Shown here: piece after piece, positions 45,585 through 60,969 of the stretch
Position numbering within the stretch: position 1 is the stretch's first letter
How the letters are laid out: each line of letters opens with the position of its first letter
Origin: an uncultured Planctomycetota bacterium
GTDB lineage: Bacteria; Planctomycetota; Planctomycetia; Isosphaerales; Isosphaeraceae
DNA length: 64,000 bases
Reading direction: 5' to 3'
Assembly (NCBI GenBank): GCA_963823665.1
Contig: CAWGMQ010000007.1
Coordinates: 896,001 to 960,000 of the forward strand
Notes under the pieces: generated by a model
Told to the model about the DNA's origin: nothing
The model's input: only the letters and a program-made list of their open reading frames with translations
Database searches by the model: none
Made by a program: the position numbers and the translations under genes

Positions 45585-45675
45585 GATATCGGTGGGAGGA
45601 GAATTTCGCGGTCTGAGACCTCTTCCACGTTGGAACGGCGTCTCGCTACGTGAACCAGATTGAAGGATTCCGCTG

Positions 45676-46035
45676 ATGGGAAGCGAGTTCATCGACTTGA
45701 ATGCCCCGTCCTTACAGCGGACGCTGCCGGCGCTCCCCGCGGACTTGCCCCACGGCTTGCTTGCACCGCCCAAAGAGGTACGGGATTATGTTACGGCGCT
45801 GGACGAAAAGCTACTGAAGGAGCACTGGTTCAGGATGAACGAGGAGGCTAGGGTGCGGGAGCTGAATCTCCACACGCTGAACTACTACTTCGACTACTTG
45901 GGGCATGAGGTTAGCTACCGCGAGACACCGCAGGGACCGGAAGTGCTGGCGGTTGGTGATGAGGAGATCTTGGCGTTGACGATGGGCATGGGTTTGGAAG
46001 AGCAGTCGCGGCTACGGAGCTGGCTTCCCGGATGA
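45676..46035 (+). CDS. Hypothetical protein
   Basis: RBS AAGGA; 119 aa with plausible composition. Confidence 0.65.
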   Translation: MGSEFIDLNAPSLQRTLPALPADLPHGLLAPPKEVRDYVTALDEKLLKEHWFRMNEEARVRELNLHTLNYYFDYLGHEVSYRETPQGPEVLAVGDEEILALTMGMGLEEQSRLRSWLPG

Positions 46036-46045
46036 GTCGACTTCC

Positions 46046-46504
46046 CTACACAATTGTGGTCCATAGACGGGCATCGCAGTAGCGGGCGAGGTGGCCGACG
46101 TTCTGGGTTGCGACGATGATTTGATCACCCGGCTGGCCGATTGTTGCTGCGCAAGCTGCCAGGATAACGTCGGCATCGAGGGAGTCAGGCGAGGCAGTCG
46201 GTAAGCCGCGCTGGCGAGCGTCAGCCCAGAAAAGAGCGGCCAAGCGCCATTCCGCAGTCGTGATGGGAGCATACGTCATCTCGCCGGTGACGACCAAAGA
46301 ATCAAGTCGGTGAAGCGAACCGGCCGCCCCGATGCGGGGCAACTCGCGACGGACTTCGTAGTCGGCAATCTCCGGAACAATAATGTCGATTCCCCGCGCG
46401 AGCAAATTGTCAAGCCAGCGGCGGCACTGGTCACCCAGGAGGGTTCCACGGCGCCGACATGCTTGACCTAGTGGGCCGGAATCGAGAAGTACAAACTCCC
46501 TCAT
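46046..46504 (-). CDS. PIN-domain (VapC-like) toxin
   Basis: LLDSGPLG, PEIADYEVRRE, DADVILAA and VATQNVGHL. Confidence 0.88.
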   Translation of the reverse strand: MREFVLLDSGPLGQACRRRGTLLGDQCRRWLDNLLARGIDIIVPEIADYEVRRELPRIGAAGSLHRLDSLVVTGEMTYAPITTAEWRLAALFWADARQRGLPTASPDSLDADVILAACAATIGQPGDQIIVATQNVGHLARYCDARLWTTIV

Positions 46505-46507
46505 GAG

Positions 46508-46760
46508 TCAGTAACACCCCTTGAAGACGGGCCGATGAGGACGAAGTTCGTCGATCGCCCGGATCCTCCTCGTCGGGTGGATCATCGGGATCGTTGGGGA
46601 TCTCAGCGATCTCGCGGAGTCGCCGCCGCGCTGATTCGAGTCGCTGCCGGCGCTCCTCCTCAGTCTCAAGCTTGAGCTTGCCGTCGGGCCCCAAGCCCGA
46701 AGGACGAAGACCGTGATCGTGCCGAGCTACGGGGTGGGAATAGCTTCCCGGTACGTCATT
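46508..46760 (-). pseudogene. Putative antitoxin of the PIN gene (frameshift near 46560; start uncertain)
   Basis: EEERRQR...DDPPDEE continues in another frame as RAIDELRPHRPVFKGCY*, ending just before the PIN start. Confidence 0.55.
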
Positions 46761-46800
46761 GTTGGGGAGTGGTCGATGCGCCTCGCTGTACAAAGAGCGG

Positions 46801-46825
46801 ACGGCACACGGAGTGTGCCTGCTAC
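46801..46825 (-). repeat. GTAG-type REP
   Basis: Minus strand reads gtagca-ggcacac-tcc-gtgtgcc. Confidence 0.75.
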
Positions 46826-46871
46826 GGGTTAGGGCCCTGCCGGGGGCACGCCAGGCTTGGCTTGGTTCTGG

Positions 46872-47405
46872 TCATGATTCGTCCAGGCTTACCCGGAGCG
46901 CTCGGAGGCCGCGCTGAAGCAGGCCGCCGATCGCGGGGATGCTGCGATTCATTTGCTTGGCGATCTCGGCCGTTGGCAGGCCCTGGAAATGTCGTAGCTC
47001 GACGGCCTGGCGCTGGTCGCCGGGAAGCTGGGCTATTGAATCGGCCAGGCGGATCAACTGTTCGTGGCGAATGACGCGCTGGCTTGGGGACGTTTGATCG
47101 GCCGCCAGGATTGCTTCCAAGCGTTTCGACGACTGTTCGATGCTCGCGGCCAGGGAACGCTCGCGCAGGCCGGCTTTGGGTGCGAACTTGCGGACCGCGT
47201 CGGTGAGCGTGTTGGCAAGGATCGTTCGCAGCCAGGCGACTTGTTCCGCATCGGACGTGCCGCGGAATTGGTGACCGTTTTGATGGGCCTTCAACAGCGT
47301 TTGCTGGACGAGGTCCGAAGGATCGAGCTTGGCCTGAATCTCGTGTACGAGCTGCTAGCGAGCCAGGAGCAGCAAGTAGGTTCGATAGGATTCCACAGGA
47401 CGCAC
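46872..47405 (-). pseudogene. ECF sigma factor with an in-frame TAG at 47355-47357
   Basis: YRTYLLLLAR*QL..IQAKLDPSDLVQQTLLKAH...WLRTIL...LP.DQRQAVELRH...; GTG start follows GAGGAG. Confidence 0.8.
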
Positions 47406-47709
47406 GGGAACGACCTCCTCGTGGTGCGTGCAGGGCTGACCTATGGATTGTTGACCGATGAACGGGTGGAACTCAGCGCGAGGGGCAGGATTTTGAGAAT
47501 AGGGGTTTCACGGCGTGCAAACATTTCGTCTTTCGCTCGGCTCGATTGTCCTCGGCGGGTGAGAGCGAAGCAACGGCGCGGTCGTGGGCGAAACGGTCGT
47601 GGATGATAGGAGCCGTCCCGAGGCGCGGTTCGGCGGATCGCAATTTGGCCAGGGCTGCGGCAATCTTCGAGTGGCGTGTCGAGCGTCTGGAGACCTTCGG
47701 TCGGTGAGG

Positions 47710-47835
47710 AGGGCGGGGTCGGGAGAACCCGCGCCCAACAGGGAGGGCGGGGTCGGGAGAGCTGCGCCGGACGAGGGGGACCCTTCCCGGAGCGAAGGCC
47801 GACACTGGGGCGGGGTGGGGACGCCCGAGCCCAAC
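47710..47835 (+). repeat. Cluster of three REP-like units gggcggggtcgggaga...cgcccaac
   Basis: Units begin near 47711, 47745 and 47807. Confidence 0.7.
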
Positions 47836-47913
47836 TGCGAGGAGACGCGTCCACCACGCGTTGTCCGATCGCTTCGGCCTGGAATCGGCGTTCCCTGATC
47901 GACCCGGCCGCGG

Positions 47914-52781
<4,868 letters not shown>

Positions 52782-52800
52782 CGGACTGGTTCCCATGAGG

Positions 52801-53676
52801 CTAGTGATGCACGGTCCGCTTGAGCACGCCGCCGGAGGCTTCGGCAAGCGGGTGGACGGTGACGAATGCGGTGGAGTCGATCTCGTTCACGATGTCGAAG
52901 ATCTTGCCGATTTCGAGCCGGGTGACGACGCAGAAGAGGATCTCCAGATCGTGGCCGCTGCGGCCGCCCCGGCCTTTGAAGACGGTGACACCGCGCTCGA
53001 GGCGGCAGTTGATCGCGTCGCGAATCAGTTCGCTCTTCTCGGAGACGATGTTGATCGCCGTGTATTCCTCGATGCCATGCAGCAGGAAGTCGAGCGTCTT
53101 GGACGCAGAGACATACGTCAGAATCGAGTAAAGGCTCTTCTCGACGCCCAGGAAGAACGCCGCGCTCAAGAAAATGATGACGTTCAGCCCGAGGATCACG
53201 TCGCCGACGTGAAAGACGTGGCTGCGCTTGCTGATCAGGAGCGCGGCGATGTCGGTTCCGTCCAGGACCGCACCGCCGCGCATGGCCAGGCCCATGCCCG
53301 CTCCGAGGAAGAAGCCGCCGAAGACGGCGGTCAGCAGCTTGTCGGAGGTGACGTCCGGAAAAGGGACGGTTGCGAGGCAGAGGGAGAGTCCGACGATGCT
53401 CACCGCGCTTCGGATCGCGAACGCCGGGCCGACCTGGCGGTAGCCCAAGGCGACGAAGGGCAGGTTGATGACCAGCAGCAGAATGGGCAGCGGAATATAC
53501 GCGGACCCTCCGGGCAGCGGAATGCGCAAGGTCTGGGCGAGGAGCATCGAAACGCCGGTCACGCCGCCGTCGATGAACCCGCTGGACATGAGGAAACCGT
53601 GCAGCCCCATGCCGGCCGAGAGTATTCCGAACACAATGAAAAGTGCATTGCCGATCTCACGTGGTAGCCATTTCAT
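52801..53676 (-). CDS. YitT-family membrane protein
   Basis: DGGVTG, INLPF, DGTDIAA, RGVT...GRG and ID..AFV. Confidence 0.92.
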   Translation of the reverse strand: MKWLPREIGNALFIVFGILSAGMGLHGFLMSSGFIDGGVTGVSMLLAQTLRIPLPGGSAYIPLPILLLVINLPFVALGYRQVGPAFAIRSAVSIVGLSLCLATVPFPDVTSDKLLTAVFGGFFLGAGMGLAMRGGAVLDGTDIAALLISKRSHVFHVGDVILGLNVIIFLSAAFFLGVEKSLYSILTYVSASKTLDFLLHGIEEYTAINIVSEKSELIRDAINCRLERGVTVFKGRGGRSGHDLEILFCVVTRLEIGKIFDIVNEIDSTAFVTVHPLAEASGGVLKRTVHH

Positions 53677-54010
53677 GGGATTGAGGATACTCGGCGGCAC
53701 TCCGGGTGGCAACTTCCCGGGTGTGGGGAGGCACGGGAGCGGGAAACGGGGCGGGTCGCGATCCCAACGGTCGGCTCCTCCGAGATTACAGCCGCGTGAA
53801 TCGCGGGCTTCGCCGTGCCTTCGCCGCCTACGGCTTGTGGCTTGACGACGATCGTCTCGACATCGAGACTGATTGGGTGTTCGCGATTCTGGGACAAAGC
53901 GGCCGGCGGTGAGGCGAGCGACAGTGCGCCTCGGCGGGAGCCTCGTGCTCCCGAAATCGCGAAACGCCGTTCCGGCGCTTTACCCGGACGAACACCGCGG
54001 GAGAGAGACC

Positions 54011-55225
54011 ATGACGCGGCTGGCGGTCGTGATTGTCGCGATGACACTTCCCGTGTGCGCTTTTACGCAGACGAAGGACTCGTCTCCCGAAGAGCAATAC
54101 GCGACGCTGATGCGCGGGTACCAGGAATCGCTCAAGCGAGCGACCGCGGGAATTCAGGCCGCGAAGTCGAAAGAGGAGCGGCAGAGGGCGGTTGCTACTT
54201 ATCCGACGATCGACCGAATCGGACCGCGGTTCCTGGAACTGGCGAGAAAATACCCGCGTACTTCGGCGGCGTGTGATGCTCTCGTTTGGATCGTCGGGCA
54301 GGGTCGAGTGGGACCGGATTACTTTCCATCGTCGCGAAGCGAGCTGGCCGGCGAGGCCATGGATCGGCTGGTACAAGACCACGTCGAGGAGAGGCGAGTG
54401 GGCGTGCTGTGCCGCTCGCTTGTTGTTTATCCCTCGCCATTGCGCGACACATTTTTGCGCAAGGTTTACGAGAAGGCAACCAACCGCGAAGTGCGGGGCT
54501 ATGCGTGCCTTTCGCTTGCCGAGTATCTCGCCGCGAAGTCCAAGGCGGTGGCGGGGGCCCGGAGCCGCGGTCAGGCCAATCGTCCCGAGAATGTCGATCC
54601 CGCGTTCACCGCATATGCCGAGCACATTCGCACGGCCGACGCCGTGGCGCTCAGTCGCGAAGCGGAGACGCTGTTCGAGAGGACGATCCGCGAATATGGC
54701 GATTTTTCGATCTCGAGAGGCGGTCAGAAAATCACGTTTGCTCAGCTTGCCGAATCAGGTTTGAGGGGACTGCGGCAGATCGGGGTGGGGAAAGCGGCGC
54801 CGGAGATCGAGGGAGAGGATGTCGACGGCAAGCCTCTCCGGTTGAGCGATTACCGGGGGAAGGTCGTGATGCTCGTTATTATGGGAGAGTGGTGCGGGCC
54901 GTGCCGGGCGATGTATCCCCAGGAGCGCGAGCTGGTTTCCCGGCTGATGAACAAGCCCTTCGCGCTTCTGGCCATTGATACCGATACCGACAAGGCAACG
55001 CTGCGGAAGGCGATCTCGGCCGGGGAGGTTACCTGGCGGTGCTGGTGGGACGGCGCGATGGACGGGCCAATCTGCAAGGTGTGGGACATCCGTGGTTTTC
55101 CGACCGTTTATCTCATCGACGCACACGGCATCATCAGGGATTCTATGATGGGAGGTGGCAAAGTGCTCGATGAGTCGGTCGAGAGGCTGCTCAAGGAAAT
55201 GGAGAATTCCTCGACCTCGAAGTAG
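54011..55225 (+). CDS. Secreted TlpA/redoxin-domain thioredoxin-like protein
   Basis: Signal peptide; APEIEGEDVDGKPLRLSDYRGKVV, WCGPC and FPTVYLID. Confidence 0.92.
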   Translation: MTRLAVVIVAMTLPVCAFTQTKDSSPEEQYATLMRGYQESLKRATAGIQAAKSKEERQRAVATYPTIDRIGPRFLELARKYPRTSAACDALVWIVGQGRVGPDYFPSSRSELAGEAMDRLVQDHVEERRVGVLCRSLVVYPSPLRDTFLRKVYEKATNREVRGYACLSLAEYLAAKSKAVAGARSRGQANRPENVDPAFTAYAEHIRTADAVALSREAETLFERTIREYGDFSISRGGQKITFAQLAESGLRGLRQIGVGKAAPEIEGEDVDGKPLRLSDYRGKVVMLVIMGEWCGPCRAMYPQERELVSRLMNKPFALLAIDTDTDKATLRKAISAGEVTWRCWWDGAMDGPICKVWDIRGFPTVYLIDAHGIIRDSMMGGGKVLDESVERLLKEMENSSTSK

Positions 55226-55340
55226 CGGTCATTCCGGTCCCTTTTTCTCAGGGATCTGGTATGTTGGGGGCGGGTCGCGGCCGCGCTCGATGGCGCAGGA
55301 CGCGAGCGGACGGATCGACATCGCGTGCAAGGAGGTCAAC

Positions 55341-58200
55341 ATGCGCATGGCGTCATTTACATCATTGGTTGTCCTGGTGGCGTCGTCGTCGGATCTTCCG
55401 CGATTCGCGGTCAGGCATGCGGCGCTGGAGCAAGCTCGGTCGTCACGGCTTTCGGCTCGCTGGATCGGGCAGGACGGGCATGATTACGTGGGCCCGCATG
55501 AGAGGCTTGCGCCCAGCGATATTCAGGATATTCATATTGCGATTGCGGGACTGGATCCGCGCCGCGAGGTGGTCTTTGTCGAGGTCAGGTCAACCAACGG
55601 GAACTTCTGGCGATTTGCGGAGAAGCCGGAAGGGTATCGGGCCGAATTCAAACGTGCCAAGGGAGCACGGACGGGGGATGTGTTTTTCGAGCCGGCGGCG
55701 GTCGAGACGGGGCGGCCGTTTCATGTGCTGGTTCGCTACGAAGATGGATCGACAGCCGAGGCCGATCTGCCCGGCGGCAAGGCGGATGACAAGCTGCCAG
55801 TGAAGACCGTGGCACTTGCGGCGCGGTGGATCGGCCAGGACCGGCAAGACCGCACCGGAGCGGGGCCGTCGGTGGGCGGCGACGGGTTTCAAGACGTGCG
55901 GATCCATGTCAGCCGGCTTTCGACCAGGTTGACCCTCAAAGGAATCCGGGTTGTGGGGACGAGCGGCGCGACGTGGGAATCGGGGCCGAACCCCAAGCTG
56001 TTGCCGAGCGCCGAGCTGGTGCGCGACGCGAAGGATCCGTCTCAGGGCGACCTGTACTTCCAGCCGAATCGTGACTTGACGGGCCAACGACTGAAGCTGA
56101 CGGCCCTGTACGACAACGACCAGGTCGACACGACCACTGTGAACGCTGGGCGGTGCGATCCCGCGCTGCGGATGCCGCAAGTGGCGCTGCCGAAGTTTTC
56201 GGAAGTGGCGGCGGACGTCCGATGGCTGGGGCAGGATGGCTTGAGCGCGACCGCGCCGGGCGACGTACACCTGGCCATTTCGGGACTGCCGGGTTCGCAG
56301 GGGATCGCCGCCGCGGTTCTGAGCAACTCGCAACGAGGCGTGTGGATCTACCGCAAGAATGACCGCGCCAATGTGGCTGTCGATCCGTCAGCCGAATCGC
56401 TCACGATCAAGGCGAACGCGCAGAGCAGGTCACTCGACGTGTTCTTCCCTCCATATCGGGATGAGAGCAAGGGCACGATGACGCTGCGGTTGATTGCAGC
56501 CGACGGCCGGAGCTCGATCCTCCGGTTCGCCGGAGGCGTCTGCGACCCGGCCAAGCGCTCGGGCGAGCCGGTGCGGGAGAGCGCGACCGCGAAGCCGGGC
56601 GACGACCTTCAAAGCGTGGCCGATCGATTCGGGTCGATGACGCTTGGGGCCGGGACTTACCGGCTGAATAGGCCGCTCGTGCTCAACCGTCCGGTGGCGA
56701 TCGTCGCGGAGAACGGGGCTACGCTCGTCTTCTCACAGCCGGCGAGTGATGCGCCCTGGTCAGCGGCGATCAAGATTCATTGCGGCAACACGACGCTTTC
56801 CGGCTTCAGCGTGCGCATCGAAGGGCCGATCCGATGGAGGAACGACGTCGAGTATGGGCCGGCCTTGATCGGGATGACGGACAATTTCGATCAGGGTCAC
56901 GACGATCCCAAGTTCAACGTCGTCTTCAAGCGTTTAGACCTGGAGATTCCGGCGAGCAGCAAACTCCGCGGGCTGGGTGGACTCGCTCGGGCTCATGAGG
57001 CTGAAACGGGCCAGGAGCGGCGTGATCGAGGGGAACATCCTGCGCGGGGGCATGATCGAGTTTTTCGACGGGCCGTGGCGGATTGTCAGCAATGAATTTC
57101 GGGGCACGCCGCCCGGCAGCTATTCTCACGCGGTTTTCGCCGGTCACGGTGTTCACGACGTGCTCGTGCAGAATAACGTCACCAAGAGCGTGGGGCCCAG
57201 CGGCAAGACGTGGCGGTTTCTGGTCTTGACCTGGTTCGGCGCCGGAGACGTGGTCGAGGGAAACACGATCGAGCAGGTGGGGGCCCGGGATGACGACACG
57301 ATTCCGTGGAGCAATGAGCCGGAGATCATGCTGACGGAAGCCTATCACCTGAAGTACGAGGGTAAGGTCATGGCCCTGTCGACCGACGGACGAGTGCTGC
57401 GAACCGGGCAGCCGCAGGGTGACTGGGTGCGGACGGGTGATGTCGTCTCGCTGTTGAACGGGCCGGCGGCGGGCCAGTGGCGCCAGGTTGTACAGGCGCT
57501 CGAATCGACGGCCTATCTGGTTGATGCCGCGATTCCCGCGGGAACCGAGGTTGTGTCGATTTCGACGGCGTTTGTGGGTGAGACGTTTCAGAAGAACCGG
57601 GTGGATGTGCGGGGCGGCCGGCGGTCGTCGCCTCTTGTTCTCGCGGGCAACAACTTCGGAACGAGGGTTATCAAGAATCACTTCCTGGGAGGGGAGTTTG
57701 CGGTGCGGCTGACTGCCTTTCCCACGGAGTCGCCGGTGATCTGGGGCTGGTCGCACGCGCCGTTCCTGGGGGGTGTGATCGAAGGGAACGTTCTGGAGGA
57801 TGCGGAGAAGGGGGGGCTCGTCGGCGTCGAGCACGACGGGCGTTTCATCAAGACGAACCAGGGGCGGGTTTACATGACGGCCGCGCTCAATGACAACGAA
57901 GTGCGGTGGAGCGAGGGCTTTTTGAGCAGAGCAGCCGGAACGGGCTCGAGAGACACGCCGCCGGGGCTCACGCTGGGGTACGCGCCGTCGCACGACGCCG
58001 GTGAGCTTGTGGTGACGGTGCGCGGCAACCGGCTGGTGGCACCGGCGGGGCGGGAATCGGCGAAGGCGCTGGTGATTCCCGCGGCTGATTACAACGGGGG
58101 GCGGGTGCAAAACCGCAGGCTGCCGCTTTCGGATAACGGTGCGGGTGCGCGCCCGACCTCGCGCGCGGCAAGCACGAAGGCCGGCGCTCGTTCGCGATAA
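55341..58200 (+). CDS. Secreted protein with three N-terminal repeats and a right-handed beta-helix (frameshift near 56965)
   Basis: RW[IL]GQD repeated 3 times; LGAGTYRL..PLVL; IEGN, IVSNEF and VEGNTI beta-helix rungs. Confidence 0.75.
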
Positions 58201-58394
58201 ACGACGCGGATCCCTTATTTCTTCGGCCTGGTTCAAAGGAAGAAAGGGTAGACTCACTCGGGACGGTTCGCAGCACGTGGGGTGGGTACAACCCATCCAG
58301 CCCAGAAGCGCATCGTCCCAACAACCCGCCCAGCCCGCTCCCCCCATCACGCGGCGAGCCGCTTCGTCCAACCCCGCGCCAGAGCGGCACCGGG

Positions 58395-58598
58395 ACTTCT
58401 CTGCCGCCAAAACCACGGATTGGCGTCACATCCTTACCACCATTGGGTTTAGGTGTGACGATGGAATAATCGGAACTCCGGGGTTTTTCGCCGTAAATAC
58501 TTGTTCGGCTAACATTTAGGGCGTGACGATCGAATATTCGGAACCGTGCTTTTCTTGGATGTAAAGTCGTGTGGTGACTAATGTTATGGCGTGACGAT
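58395..58598 (+). repeat. Degenerate 68-bp tandem repeat
   Basis: gtgacgat at 58455, 58523 and 58591; ggaataatcggaac and cgaatattcggaac follow the first two. Confidence 0.65.
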
Positions 58599-58681
58599 CG
58601 AGAATTCAAGGCTCTGGCTTCTAAACATCGGCACTGAATCCGACTGCGGGTGAGTCCATTTTTCGGGCTCCGTCCAGACAG

Positions 58682-59133
58682 GATTTCGTTTTGTAGATTT
58701 GTCGCGCGTCCTTACGCCACAAGGCTTACGGGAACGGACGTGCGCACTTTTGACCGCGAGCCAGGGGCCAAACTCGATCCATTCCTCGCTCGCACCATGC
58801 CAGCCTAAACACCTCGCTCCTCCCCAGTCATGCATTCCTGCGCTCCGGCTCTCGAGACACGGTTTCGCATGTTTCATATAAGTAGTAGTAAGTGGAACTA
58901 AATGGGACTATATGGGACTCTAACCCTAAAAAAGTCTCATTTTCCTTGCTGTCTTGATCCCCGTCCGGCGCCTCGCCGGAACGCCATGGAACCGTACGGA
59001 AATCCTGAGAGCCAAAGGGGATAACGCCAAGAGTCCCGCTCATGATCGCCCCGCCCACGAGGAGAAAACTCACCCTCACCGTGGTCCACCCCCCGTCCCA
59101 CGCCCGGTCCGGTCCAAACTCGAGAGCATTTCA
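58682..59133 (-). repeat. Non-coding dispersed element, copy B (inverted relative to copy A)
   Basis: Shares tggcgttatcc, atttccgtacgg, agacagcaag, aatgagacttttt, gagtcccat, tgtctcgagagccggagcgc and the 55-bp motif with 28512-29257. Confidence 0.85.
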
Positions 59134-59354
59134 CAGTAAAAAGTCCGTGATGCGGCCTGAAAGGCGGGATCGAATGACGCTCATCGAGAATGACGTTGAG
59201 AAGAAGACAACTCGCGATGTGGTGATGGATCGGATGAAATGAAATTCGAGCCCCGGACCAACCCGCATGGTTGCCTGCCCAGGGTTACGTTAAGGAACAG
59301 GCCGGAAATAACTTCCCGATTTCGGTTCTCAATCCTACCACGACGGAAAGCCCT

Positions 59355-59379
59355 CGTTCCGACGCTCTGCGTCGGAACG
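59355..59379. repeat. REP-like perfect 11-bp-stem hairpin
   Basis: cgttccgacgc-tct-gcgtcggaacg. Confidence 0.75.
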
Positions 59380-59692
59380 GTCTTTGTGCCGCTCCGCGGC
59401 GCACTTCACGTAAATCGACGGAATTTGGTTCCGGCCCGTTCCTAAGCGTCGCGACGCCCGGTCATCCGCGACGAGTGTATCCGTCCCCCGGCGTGGGGAC
59501 GTGCAGGCGCAGCCGGCGGTGGGGGGCGTGCATGCGAACGACAGCAAAGCCCGGACAGTGACGCCCTACCGGCCACCCGCACCGATCACGGAACTTCCCC
59601 TACTAATATTATGTGCGGGTTTTCGAAATTGGCCATTTCTCAATCGCATTTTCGATTTGCGTGAAAAGCGCAAGTTCAATAGCGATGGGTAA

Positions 59693-60703
59693 TTAACTGC
59701 TGAGAAAACTCGTTCTGAGATGCCCGTTCAATACAGTTTGAAAACTGCCAGGGTGCAACCCACCATCCGACCCCAAACCCGCCCGCTCCCCGCCAACGGC
59801 CCCCGCCGGATCCGCGTGGGTTGCGCTCCGCTCCACCCACCCTACGGAAACCACATTCTTCGCCAGCGCCTCCTCCGCCCGCCGCAGAATCGCCTCCATT
59901 CGATGCGCATACGTGTGCTTCGCAATAGCCTCGGCTAGCCCCGCGGCCGCAATCCGCTCGCGCAGCGATTGGCGCCCGAGATAGAACGCCAGCTTATCGA
60001 GCAAGTCATCGCCATCGCGGTAAGTTGCCAGGTGCACGCCATCGCGGAAAAGGTCGGCGAGGCCGTTGTCGCTCAGGTCGTTGGTGAGTAGCATCGACCC
60101 GCAGGCAACCGCCTCGAAGACGCGCATATTCACGTCATTGCGGATACTCCGATTGAACGCGATGCGGGCAGCCGAATAGGTGCGTGCCATGTCGTCGAAA
60201 TAGCATTGGCCGATGAATGAGTTCCGATATCGCCGCTGAATCAGCCCCAGCAATTCGCCTCGTGGCCCCGGAAAAACGTTTCCGACGAACGCAACGTCGT
60301 ACTGCTTGGCCACATCGTCGTGCTTGCGATGAATACCGGGGTCACAAGCCAGCGGCAGCCACGAAGCCGAGCGAACACCGATGCCGCGGAGTAGATCGAC
60401 CCCGTCGCGCTGCGCGGCAAACACCAGGTCGAACCGCGGCGCCTTCTCGCGGCAACGGTCGAAATCAAGGTGCGTATCAATCGCCCAGAAAGCGCTCGGC
60501 CGGCAATCCGGCGGCAGGTGATAGCGCAGTCCGTCATCGATATTGAGGTATAGATCGAAGCCGGTGCGCGGCATACGGTCGAGCTCGAAAGGCTGAAAGT
60601 GCTGAACTTCAACGAGCCGCTCGAGAGCGCGGTGGCAATAAACCCCAGCCGTCTCCGGCCGCAGGGTGGTGTCAAAGACGACGGCGACGCGTTGGATTTC
60701 CAT
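59693..60703 (-). CDS. CgeB-like glycosyltransferase (GT-B)
   Basis: FWAIDTH, WLPLACDP, YDVAFVG, NMRVFEA.ACG..LLT and HTY.HR. Confidence 0.9.
   Translation of the reverse strand: MEIQRVAVVFDTTLRPETAGVYCHRALERLVEVQHFQPFELDRMPRTGFDLYLNIDDGLRYHLPPDCRPSAFWAIDTHLDFDRCREKAPRFDLVFAAQRDGVDLLRGIGVRSASWLPLACDPGIHRKHDDVAKQYDVAFVGNVFPGPRGELLGLIQRRYRNSFIGQCYFDDMARTYSAARIAFNRSIRNDVNMRVFEAVACGSMLLTNDLSDNGLADLFRDGVHLATYRDGDDLLDKLAFYLGRQSLRERIAAAGLAEAIAKHTYAHRMEAILRRAEEALAKNVVSVGWVERSATHADPAGAVGGERAGLGSDGGLHPGSFQTVLNGHLRTSFLSS
59816..59845 (-). repeat. GTAG-type REP inside the 3' tail of the glycosyltransferase ORF
   Basis: Minus strand reads gtagggtgggtggagcggagcgcaacccac. Confidence 0.7.
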
Positions 60704-60969
60704 GGCTCGTTGTCCGCAGAGTGGGGTGATCAAGGGAGAAGACGTCGGTCCGCAAGTGGACGGTCAGCAATTCAGCTCATCTTCGGGTGAAGGCGAAATT
60801 GGAGAATTCGGAGTTTGGTCCGCAGATGACGCAGAGGAACGCAGATAAATCAGATGGAAGACAAACGGAACGGGCCCGCGCCGGAACTGCCGTTGGGTGC
60901 GGGCGGCCGGACTTTATTGGGTCCCTTTTGGTGGGTGAAGCGCCGATGGTGTCTGCGCCCGTGCCGCGA

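Noticed and set aside
47355..47357. TAG recoding (pyrrolysine or readthrough) in the ECF gene
   Set aside because: Other genes here use TAG as a stop and no pyl genes are present; a nonsense mutation or read error is simpler.
53706..53912. 68-aa ORF that looks like a gene fragment
   Set aside because: No recognisable motif or RBS.
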